Shown one piece after another: positions 45,548 to 57,136 of a DNA stretch of 64,000 bases. The stretch is from Phoronis australis (Eukaryota > Animalia > Phoronida). The stretch lies in assembly GCA_002633005.1 (NCBI GenBank), contig NMRA01000302.1:126180-190179 (forward strand), written 5' to 3'. Each line of letters opens with the position of its first letter. Within the stretch, counting starts at the first letter, position 1. Below the pieces are notes generated by a model. The model saw only the letters and a program-made list of their open reading frames with translations. It had not been told where the DNA came from and searched no databases. The translations under genes were made by a program, and so were the position numbers.

Positions 45548-45629
45548 CTATCACTCTGTTTATTTACGTTTACCGCCACACACCGAACAGGAAGGAAGAG
45601 GAAAACGTGAGAATTCGAGACTGAATACA

Positions 45630-45735
45630 GCTTGACCTATTTTTAGAATCATCCAATCAAAGTTGTGCTTTTAGAATACAGGCCAATCAGCGGCAGTTTC
45701 AAAATTTCTCTTGGCGAGTATTTCGACGGTAAGTA
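45630..45735 (+). promoter_or_regulatory. Compact bidirectional GPX7/CDC20 promoter with G2/M-type elements and a probable non-coding first exon of CDC20
   Basis: CCAAT boxes at 45653 and 45683 (30 bp apart). An inverted CHR, TTCAAA, lies at 45698-45703 and an E2F-like TTGGCG at 45711. A strong donor GTAAGT at 45729 pairs with an acceptor TTTCAG ending at 46682, just before the CDC20 ATG. Confidence 0.68.
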
Positions 45736-46695
45736 AGCTTTGCAAATTTTAAGGCGTATTTGCAAGTTACTGTGTGATTACGACTTATGTTTCAGACGTA
45801 GTCACTGACAGTGACGAAAAGAAAGATTACGTGAGTGTTCACAATGAAAAATACTGAAACTGCTTTGAGATACAAGTCGAAATCGTCACATTCGACACGA
45901 TGTCCGGTCTGACGGGTTTTAAAAATGGTGGACGAATGAAGTCTTTTTAGGGGTCTTAGGAGTTGTTCAGTTATGATAATCTAAGTAAAACGTTTATTTT
46001 AGATCCCTGTAAGTTAGTAGATACGACATAATAAAGTTATCACAATGTATAATTACTAGTAATATGAACCACTGCCGCAATCAGTGCCAGCCAAACATTT
46101 CGAACCCGACGTCTGAACAGAACAATTCAACACATCGCAGTTTAAAATACCAAAACAAGCTAGTAAATTGTGTTAGCCTGCGGTGAGTAATAGAATGGAT
46201 TATGCTGTCTAATTTTAACTTTCAAATTAATTGTGAGTTTCTTCAATTTTATTGATGTTGTACAAGCAGTGTGTGTGGATTGGCCAGCCAGCTAGCTGAA
46301 TATTTACATAAAGCGTAAGTTTTTTGACACGTCTTCCCGTTATTTTGTGCTTTTATAATTTATATGAAGTCCGGGGTATTTCTGGAAAAGCTCCCATATC
46401 TATCTTTCGTGGTGTGGCAGGGAAGCCTGTACATGACTCACAGTTCTTGTGTGTTCCTAGAAAGTGCACACCCATGGGCATCAGGTAATGAATGAATTTC
46501 ACATTTTACCGACGCTTGCATACATAAATTTTTTAAAATTAAATAAAAACAAATTGGCCTAACACATTTTTAGCCGTGGACGAACATGTTTATTTTTTAG
46601 ATGTTGCCTTAACAGTAACATACGTGAGCGATAAAAGGAATCACGTGTGACCTAAGAATCACAATGATGTTCGATGTTTCAGAGTATATGCAAAC

Positions 46696-49600
46696 ATGGC
46701 ACACTTTGCTTTTGAAAGTGACATGAGCAACGCTCTTCGAATGGACGGGCCCATCACTAAAGGTCCTGCAATGAGATGGCAGCGTAAACTGAACGAATCA
46801 ACGAACACATCACTGAATTGTTCTATGAACACCAGCATAGCTAAAGGTGACAAAACTCCAAAGAAATTATCAAATCGGTCATTCAGTGCCAATTCCAAAA
46901 CTCCAGGACAGTCAAAGACCCCAACAACAGGTATTGTATGTCAACTATTTTTTAGCCACATCACAAATATTTGTCATTATAGAAGTTTATTCTGTGCACA
47001 AATTCGCGTGCCGGCAACTGGAATAGTATAATGTGAAAGGTAACCATTAGAAAATTGTTTAAACTTCAGGATCATTCCTGTACATTATGGTGCTGCACTG
47101 TGCTTCACAAGCTCTGAGCTGCGTTTAAACTCTAGAGAGCCATGTTTAGAAAATCTGAACTTTTTTCACTTTACAACACAAGGGATCAGTGCAGTTGTAC
47201 CGTACTTGTTTTATTTTTCATTGTAAAAGTGAAAATATTTACTGACTGTAACTTTTTTGTTTGTAATTGCATTGTTACTAGTGAAGCAGAAAGCAAGACT
47301 GGATGCAATAATGCAGAATATAATGCAGACTTAAGTTTTGTCCGAGGAAACTCTGTACTTTTGGTACAGTATGTAAGTTCAGCTGCTAGTTATGCCTAGA
47401 CTAACTTTGAAAAAGGTCTCCTGTGTGTGGTAAGTCTCGATTGTTTTGCATGGAGAAAATTTTCACACTTGACGTTATTTCTTTTTTATTTTCCAACGCT
47501 GACTATACAGCCACGCCGACAGCGGATTAAAATTTTTCTTAAATTTTCAATTTTTTGAAGAATTGCAAAAAGTCAGAATGAAATCCCACTGCCCTCCATA
47601 CTGTATGTGTTAAATAGGTGAAGCATTACCGTTATTAGAAAACTGCACGTGTTAAGTCTTCGATTTTGAGAAGCTACCACAACCCAACACTTCAGCACCG
47701 TGTCAATATGGAATGTTAAATACAGGAAAATGTAAGCTTAACGGCCTGTAGAGCTCAGATATCATGGAGGAGGGATGAAACTGGTCTTAACCTGCCTAGT
47801 TTGATGAAGACTTGTCCTAATTCTATTCAAAGTTTATATAATTCTCCAAATACCAGCCTTAAGGCTCGGAAGCGTTTGATGTAATTTCCAGGAAAAAACA
47901 GAACGCCAGGCCGAGGCTCCAAAACCCCCAAGACGCCGTCATGCGCCGACCGTTTTATCCCCAACCGCAGCTCCACCCAGTTTGAGCTTGCTAACTACGT
48001 GCTGGCGAACGACTCATCACGCGAGGCAGAAGATGAGCTGATGAGCCCGTCAAAAAGAGAGTTTCAGCGGGCTATGAACGAGAACTTGAATGGGACTGCC
48101 CTCTCCAGTAAAATTCTGTCCTACAAGAACAAGGCACCTCAAGCCCCAGAAGGTATTCATGGCTAGGTTAACTTTATTTATAGAGGATCAAACAATATAA
48201 ATTATAAAATCTATTTGCCGCATAGTCGTCTGGCCTCTTCTTAATAAAACTATAAATTGTAATACACTTTTAAAAGTCACTTAAAAAGAGCAGACTATGT
48301 GAAACTGCTATCTGTGCATTGTACAGTTGAATCCTTGTACCATATTTATGTTATTTTTTTAGAGCCTAGTTCTCCGGATGTCCATTCTGAGCTTCTGCTG
48401 AATGTACTACGTACTCCACAACTTGATCGTTTTTCATTGACATGAATTTGTTTTTCTGCTCCAGGATACCAGAATAATTTAAAAGTAATCTACAGTCAGA
48501 ATAAGACTCCGGGATCGACGAGGAAGACAAACAGACAGATTCCACAGGTGCCCGAGCGAGTGCTGGACGCCCCTGAAATACTCGACGATTACTGTAAGAC
48601 TTCAAATAAATGTTTCCCGCACTTTTTCATTCCATTACAAGAGTTGACCTATTGCAAACTCCACCCTCTTGCAAAAAGCCGACAAACAAACAATAAGTTT
48701 CACCCGATGACGTGTTGTTTGTCGAAACAAAGTTGTGTCAAGAATGCTGCATTCTGATTGGTCATTTAAGCCGTCGCTCAAAATCGGGCAATAGGTCAAT
48801 TTCGCAGAAGTTTCACTTCAGGATCATTCAGCAGAAAATTTTGATCACGATCAAATGTCACCGCCATGAATAATGCTGCAGAGTACTAACTGCTGAAGCC
48901 ATTCCAATTTTGCTGACACTGATCCACAGTAGCCATTTGTCCAGGGTCAGCACCTAAAGATGTTCTGTTATTCATCAGTATTGGTGCAGGTGCGCTAATT
49001 GATACAATATACATTTACTATGGAGTTTGTACTTAGTGTATCCAGGGTGTCTAACAGGGTGCTTTGAAATCGCCTGTGCCTTGTTAAGCCCCCCCCCCCT
49101 CACCAGTGTGTCAACTTTTACCGAAATATTTTTAGTAAATGTTCATCTGGGCCTATGCACTAGGCATAATAAACAGAATCAAACAAAATATAAGGTGATG
49201 TTGAACGGGTTTAAATTTATATTTATCTGGAAATGCGGGTTCCTTCTCTATCAGGTGTTTTTCATCAGCGTAAAGCCCAAGAGTCTGGTTCCTGAAAAGC
49301 GACATAAGTCAGAAGTTTGGTGTGGTGCTTTACACTGAAAAACAATTAAATTTCACTTGGAGAAAAGTGCAGTCTCTAAAAACATATGAACACAACTAGT
49401 ATTTACTAGCTGGATAAATTCTATGCATTATCTCCAAGGCTGTGCATTTAGATATTAAATTCTATGCATTGTCTCCAAGACTGTGCGTTTAGATAAATTC
49501 TATGCATTATCTCCAAGACTGTGTTTATAATGACTTAGCCAAAGCTTTATACAGCAATTGTGAAGCAGGAGCGTGAGGCCAAATTTCTGTCTTCAGTCAC

Positions 49601-52600
49601 AAGTCACATTTCATGACCCCTTGAGTGAAACTGATATCATGCAAGATTACACCTAGAGTTTGTTGAATATCCGTGGAATATCACCTTTAGTGAAATGGTA
49701 AATGTACCTTGCACTCATAAGTATTGGAACTAGCAATACTGAGCAAGCCCCGGGTCATGACGTCTGATTCCCCATCTCTGTAAAGTATCCTAAGCACCTT
49801 GACTGAATATAGGCAATGATATTAGTATCACCACTATACCTTTTGTTTGCTACTCAGACCTGAACTTGCTGGACTGGTCCGTCAACAACCACCTGGCCGT
49901 GGCACTTGGCGGTCACATCTACCTGTGGAACGCTGGAACTGGCGACATCACCCAGCTTTTGGAGATGGAGAGTCCAGACGATTACGTGTCGTCGGTGGCC
50001 TGGATCAAAGAGGGCAATTATCTGGCAGTTGGCACGAGCAACGCCGAAGTGCAGGTAAATATGCAGTGATCTTGTGGTGTATGAGGCCTACATGCGTGAA
50101 GATGTGGTTCTACGCTATATCATAAATTGCTTCTAGTTCTAGACCCTTATTGAGATTGCTTGTTCCCTCTTTATGATAGCCCTTTGAGACGGTACTTGGC
50201 AAACTTTGGCCCAACATACAGTACAAGACAAAAATAATCTGACAAAATATTGTTTCCCTATCACTGCTGCTAATAATGTTGACGACAAAAATGGGTATTA
50301 ACTATATTGGGTCAACCGTGTAATTACAGAATGGCTAATTAAGCCACCTTTACTTACTTTCTTGTTAAGTTCCCTTCATTCTCAGTCACAAGGGAAGACT
50401 ACTCTAATGATGAATTTGAATTTGGCTTCCGCTTAGCTGTTGTGACTGGGAATTCCGGTTCATTTCGACTGAATACCACTGGCTTGTAGCTGTATTTATG
50501 TTGTCATTTCAATACCCCGTATTCATCATCATCATCTCCACTACTCCTGCCAATCATTGCCGTTATCATTCTCAGCATCGTCATCTCCAATCTTGGTCTT
50601 ATCATCATCATTATAACTAATCTCATCCTTGTCATGATCACTCTACTTACCAATCATTATGATCATCGTCATTCTAATCATCAGTCTCATGGTCGTCATC
50701 ACCATTGTTATGATCATGATGTCACAACCACTACTCCCACAAATCTTTCTGGCAGTCATGAATCCCCCCCAATCACCATCATCATCATTATTAACGTCTC
50801 TGTCATAATCATCACTAATATCATCATGATAATCCCCAATTCCCCAACCAGTCTCCGTCACCATGACTACGGTCAACATGTATACACCTTCATTGCAGCT
50901 GTGGGACGTAGAACAACAGAAGAGACTTCGCTGTATGGGAGGCCATGCTGCCAGAGTTGGCGCCCTCTCCTGGAATTCATACATCCTCAGCAGGTATGCA
51001 CAAAGACATCTGCTAACTACATGAGGCTGTTCTAATGGTCGCAGCAATTATTCGTCCAGACCATCAAGCAATGCATTAGTTGAGGCAGCCACTACTTAAT
51101 TAAAACCTTATTAGGCAAATATTGAAGGACTAATAAAATCTTAGCTAAAGGTTCGCTCCCCTGCCGATTTTTTCTTCTTTTTTTACCCATGCGAACACGA
51201 ATAACTGATGGTTATGGGATCTGGCTCACGAACCAGCCGCCTGGATGAACTGGCATATGGAATCATGTGTAACCTTAGATTTGATCACTGGCTTATCTAT
51301 TTTTCTGACTGTTTATTGAGTAAACTAATGACATATGCTGATTAGGAAACAAAAAATGTGCATCTCTCAACTTAATCACATTTCCTTGTAGCAAGATAAT
51401 CAGCCTTTGAAAATTTACTTGAATTACTACACTTTGAAATCATCCATTCATGTCTCTCCGTGTCACTAGTGGCTCGCGGAGTGGCCAGATCCACCACCAC
51501 GACGTGCGGCTTCCCCAGCACCACATCGCCACGTTGTCCAATCACACGCAAGAGGTGTGCGGGCTGAAGTGGTCACCAGACGGACGCTACCTTGCCAGTG
51601 GGGGTAACGACAACCTGCTCAACATCTGGCCCAGCGCCATGGGCGACATTCAGGGTGCCACTACACCTGTCTATACGTTCAGTGAACATCAGGCCGCAGT
51701 CAAGGTAATACTGAACACAGGGTTGGCTGGAAATGGGCTAGTTCTCTTATCTAATGCTAGATGGGGTTACTAGTTAGTACATGAAGTCACATTGTTGCCG
51801 GTGTATAAATAGGCAAGCCCTGTCAACCTGACTTCTTGAGACTGGTCATGTCTGGTCTCAAGCTCCAAAATCACTTTAAATCAGAGTACAGGATTGGTGA
51901 ATGAATCACTACAATAATTGTTTAATGGTAATCAGACCAAATGAAATATCATTTTTTGACAGAAAGGAGATGCGTGGTAGTTTAGAAATAGAAGAATGTT
52001 TCTGTATTGGAAATTCTCCGACCAATAAATTTTATTTACCTACCATCCATTGGCAGGCACTTGCCTGGTGTCCATGGCAACCCAGCTTATTAGCCAGCGG
52101 TGGAGGTACAGCGGACCGCCATATACGGTTCTGGAACTGCAGCACAGGTGCTGCCCTCAGCAGTGTTGACACGAAATCACAGGTACTGTCCGAGTTAATA
52201 TTTTCAGTAATCTATTTTTCTTAAGAAGGGGTGAGATCAAGTTTGGAAACAAGTTATCACTGCCTTCTAGATTTCCATAATTTCATAATCACGTCCGGTG
52301 CTCATAGGCAGTAGTTTTGGCTTTCTAAAACAACATGTCAAGACCTCTTGACCTTTGAAGTTGCAGGTAGTCTCAGTCTCTTCATATCCAGTATTATCAT
52401 GTACATTGTCCTTCAGGTTTGTGCTCTCCTGTGGTCAAAGCAGTACAAGGAGCTGGTCTCCAGTCATGGTTTTGCTGACAACCAGTTGATCATCTGGAAG
52501 TACCCCTCCATGGCCAAAGTGGCTGAACTAACAGGTACGTTCATTTGTGCATAATACGGAGAATGCAGTCATTTTCATAGTCTATTGTTCTTTCAATTGG

Positions 52601-53676
52601 CAGGCAAAATTTGACACAGGCACTGGTTGTGCTTTGAGTGGATAAAATATGAGTGTTGATACAAGCAAAGTCTATCAATAGTTTTAAACAAAAGTAACAG
52701 TTGGACAGAAAACTGTCTCGTGTAATAAAGTGCTTGGTTGTGAAAACTGGGAATTTCATCTCATTTAAATTGAACCTCAAAAAAAACATGGTATTAATAA
52801 ACTGGGAAATTTGTACAGCAGTTTGTTTTGGAATTTCCGTCTATAATTGTCACCTAAAGGGATTCCACATTTTGAGAGCCTGTTTTCTCCATTGAATAAC
52901 AGACATCAAACTGGTTCTCAAAAACAGGTGACCCCTGTATGTGGTTATTGACTTTCCGTCGTCAAATCAACATTCTGAGACTATTTAATCTTGCCGCGAA
53001 ATAAGTCTTTGAAAGTTTACTTGCTACAGGCTTCAGGTGGTGTACTCTGATTTTAGTTGTATATGAAACAACTGAACTTGAGAGGAAAGGCTCAACAAGG
53101 TTTGAACTGTCAATCTTTTATATTACATATTAATAGGTTAGTGGAGCATGGCGAGGTTTGGTTGCCTATGGTAAAAAAATACATGCAATTTCCACCCATC
53201 GGGGATAATTTGGAAAGTGAAAAAAAAAATCTGTGCAGGAAAATGCATGGAAAATAAAAAGGGTAAGAACAAAATAAAGCCTCATTTTTCAAGTCAGTCT
53301 TCAAGTTCATGCATTCACTTTTGGTTGCCAGTAATAAACGCTTTTGGCTACTTAGCGGGATCTTGGACTGGCATGATCTTGCTATGTCCGCAAGGTACAA
53401 GCCTTACTGAAGGGACCCCTGTATATTTGCTTGCTGGTGCATTAGAGCCAGCAAGACAAACATGCCTTCAATCATCCATCATGTTACGTTCCAGGGCACA
53501 CTGCGCGTGTCCTGCACATGGCTATGTCACCAGATGGCACCACTGTTGTGTCAGCAGCGGCCGACGAGACGCTGCGTATCTGGAAGTGTTTTACAGTTGA
53601 CGCACAGAAGAAAAAAGAAATGTCCTCCAGTAAAGGCCACAGTTCTAACTCTATACTGAGACAGAGCCTGCGGTGA
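46696..53676 (+). CDS. CDC20: Cell division cycle protein 20 (fizzy; APC/C co-activator); exons 46696-46930, 47892-48152, 48465-48593, 49858-50054, 50899-50993, 51470-51704, 52057-52182, 52417-52534, 53495-53676; 525 aa
   Basis: The spliced CDS is 1578 nt. It contains MRWQRK, C-box DRFIPNR, the Mad2-binding [83 protein letters not shown] and a C-terminal LR tail. Confidence 0.97.
49413..49525. repeat. About 3 tandem copies of a 38-41-bp unit (GATAAATTCTATGCATTATCTCCAAG.CTGTG...)
   Basis: Seen directly in CDC20 intron 3. Confidence 0.85.
50520..50870. repeat. Degenerate (CAT)n low-complexity tract in CDC20 intron 4
   Basis: catcatcat/atcatc-rich sequence that generates spurious His/Ile-rich ORFs. 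Confidence 0.8.
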
Positions 53677-53749
53677 TCTGTTGTCAGTAAGCTTCACACA
53701 GCTCAGGTCTAGTGCGTTTGACTTCAGGTCTTTTTCTTTGATACTGCGA

Positions 53750-55255
53750 TTTTTATGCGCCCACATATGTGGACGCATTATGCCGTCATCTCCGTCCGTC
53801 CGGCGTCCGCTGCTTTATCTCCAAAATCCTTTGACATACGGTCATGAAATTTGGCACGTATCTTCCATTCATGAATGAGACGGCATGTGCGAACTTTTGG
53901 ACGGATCCGACTACCGGTGTGCCCCCTAGTGGCAATTTTAGTTTTTTTACACTTACCTTTGTATCTTCAAAAGTCCTGAACGGATTTTTATGAAATTTGG
54001 TATATAGGCACCTATTAGTGAGATGACGCTATCCTTCTGTTTTCAGATGGATTCGACATAGTTTGCGCCACCTAGTGGCCATTTTTAGTGTTTTCGAGTC
54101 TGTTTTTGTGTGTCCACCCCTCTATCAACCAAACCGCTCGAAGGATGATTGTGAAAATTAGCATGTATATGCTTACTATGTAGAGGACGGTTGACGATGA
54201 TTTTTAGACGATTTGGACTACTGTGGCACCTCCTAGTGGCAGTTTTTTTTTGCGCCTATGGCTGTATCTCCTAAACCGTTCGCAGGATCTTTACGAAATT
54301 TAATATGTGTATTTATATTATGTTAACAACAGACGATGACAACTTTTGGACGGATCCGCCTACCAGTGTGCCCCCTAGTGGCAATTTTATCTTTTTACGT
54401 TTACCTCTGTATCTTCACAAGTCCTTAACGGATTTTCATGAAATTTGGTATGTAGGCACCTATTAGTGAGATGACGCTATCCTACTGTTTTCAGATGGAT
54501 TCGACGTAGTTTGCGCCACCTAGTGGCCATTTTTACTGTTTTCGAGTCTGTATTTTTGCGTCCACCCCTCTATCAACCAAACCGCTCAAAGGATGATTGT
54601 GAAAATTGGCGTGTATGTGCTTACTATAAGGAAGACAGCTGACAATGATTTTCAGACGATTTGGACTACTGTGGCGCCTCCTAGTGGCAGTTTTGTTTTT
54701 TTGCGCCCATGGCTGTATCTCCCAAACCGTTTGCAGGATCTTTACTAAATTTAGCAAGTGTATTTATGTGATGTTGACAACGGACGATGACGACTTTAGG
54801 ATGATTCTGATTACCGGTATGCCTCTAGTGGCAATTTTAGTATTTGCCTCTAGTGGCAATTTTAGTATTTTACATTGACCTCTGTATTTTCATAGGTCTT
54901 CAGGTGTATACTTTGTGTTACTTCGTGACTATGAAGGAAAAGTTCCAAGTAGAAATTTGTTTCTGGCATTCTAATGCTGTGCTAATCTCGCATGTTGGTA
55001 AATTTGTTTTTAATTCTATATTCCTGTGGTGCTTTAAGCAACTGATGTATAGGATGTGCTTGTATTATGAAGATCACTCACATTTTGCCCCTAGCCTATT
55101 GAGGAGACAATGACCATGCCTTTCCATTTTGTAAAGTACAACATACTACATATATGCCCTCTACTGGCCACTTTATGGTACCAATAAACAACCCTAGAAG
55201 GATACCGTATACGGTGCATTTGTGGGCGCATTTCAACGCTCTGCGTTGCTCTTGT
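53750..55255 (+). mobile_element. Non-autonomous Helentron-type (HINE/DINE-1-like) element ~75 nt after the CDC20 stop, with ~448-bp internal tandem units made of ~150-bp subunits
   Basis: The 5' end TTTTATGCGCCCACATATGTGGACGCAT contains a subTIR plus partial inverted repeat, followed by a CCGTCCGTCC microsatellite. The 3' end has GTGGGCGCAT, the stem-loop CAACGC-TCT-GCGTTG and CTCTTGT. Segment 53899-54346 repeats at 54347-54800. Confidence 0.75.
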
Positions 55256-57136
55256 GTAATTTGTTGTTGATACTGTCGTAGTTCACCTGAATCACCCAGG
55301 ATGGATTTATATTAAGCTGTAGTTCAGCAGGAATTAGCCAAATTGCAAAGTGCATTGAATTCAAGTTTTGTAATAATTCAGTGCATTTTGCATGTATGCA
55401 TCCATACATATAGTCTGTGCAGAACTACTGTTGTTATGCACATTGCCTTGCATGTTATAATCTTGTGCTAATTTCGATGGCTAGTGAAAAGTTTCGACTT
55501 TTTGTCGTATTTGTATTTCCAGTATTGATATAGACAATTATTGAATAGTTTTTTTCTTGGAAAATTGTCGTTTGTGAGCATGTGACTGAGTGTAGAAGTC
55601 TGATTAGCCAAATCAATCATGTGTGGCATTGGGCTGCAAATGGGCTAAATAAATAGCACTTTCGCCCCCCTAGATTTTGGTGTGTACGGAATTTGCATCC
55701 AGTCGAGAGGTCTCTTTCACTGAAGGGCTTGTGTCATTTTTTGATAGTTTTTGCTAGTCAGTAAAAATCAGGTCTAAAAGCCATAATCAAGATTTTTGGA
55801 CTTTTGTCTGCAGTGACTAGTTTGTTTGGTTTATCCCTTGACATAACTTGAAATGACAGTGTTATCCATTTTTCCTGAAGAGGCCCACATTGTTTCGTCA
55901 CGAGTTCTGTTGTTTTTGAATTGTACAACTTGTAAGTTGTATGTGGATTTTCTGTACGAGTCATATAATGAATGACATTTTGAAATAAAACCGTTCTTTT
56001 ATTTCATTTATTTTTGTGGCTTTAGTACTGCTGGTCATAGTTATGGAAACAGGAAAGGGCAAATCTGGCATAAATATTGACTATATGATCGGATACACAA
56101 TGGTTATACCTTGAATCGTCATTAAACTGGGTGCTGTTTATTTTTACTCGAGGTTGCTTTTGTTAGTTTATCTGTCCTATTCCAATCTGGTTTCCCCCCA
56201 GGGAACAACACAATGCAGGCCCTTGAGTCTTTCCACTCCGCGTCCACCACGGGCACCAACACTAATTGTAGTAATGTTTCTTATACATGTAGGATTGAGT
56301 CATTGAAAACTCGTGTACGTGTGAGAAATAACTTAAAAGTCGTGTCCTGGATCTCCAGTCATCTTTCAGAATATGAACACGGTCCATAAAATGTGCAATT
56401 CTTTTGAAAACAACCTTTCATGGGCATTGTCAGAAATATGACAACTTACATGTACCCCAGGTATGACTCTTTAATTGCTTTCCAAAAACTAAAAAATAGC
56501 GAACTTTATCGCTTGTGACAGACTCACATCGTGCGCTTACCTCATGTCACTCCTATTCCAAAACAATGAGGTAAAATGTTCTGACTTCCAAAATAAGCTC
56601 GTAGTAAGCCGTAAATGTACATGTAGTACACGTAGATACAATGAGGCGGGGTTTGGATTTGTTTTGTCAGTTAATGCAGTAAGTACCGAAGGTAACGCGC
56701 TGAGCTCGCCCCATGCCATGAGGAGTTACGCGAAAGTCAACGAAAGCCAGCAAGTGACGGTTTCATTTAACCATGCACCCGTCGAGACAAAAGTTTCATG
56801 TATCCTTTTGGTGCACATGTGAGCTAAGGTAATCATTTCATCTTTTGGCAACAAATCTCTCGCTGCCTCGTAATCGTGTGAACTTCATTTACGCTGAGTA
56901 CTGCGTGTCGCCGGTATAGCTCTTCGTTTGCTCTTCGACCAGCGCTTGAATACATGTGTGTATGCGCCCGTATTTAAGAACTTTGTTCCAATTGCTGCTT
57001 TGAAAGCAATTCAGTCATTCTGTCGTGTGTTTATGCGTTAATGATGACGCAGACGACGTTTTCTGTCTACTTTTAAGACCACATATCTGTCATTCCAGAA
57101 AAAATAGTCAATTACAAAAATTGTGAACAATTTTCG

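Noticed and set aside
50634-51047. 133-134-aa His/Ile- or Asp/Met-rich ORFs on both strands
   Set aside because: They derive from a (CAT)n tract overlapping CDC20 exon 5 in other frames.
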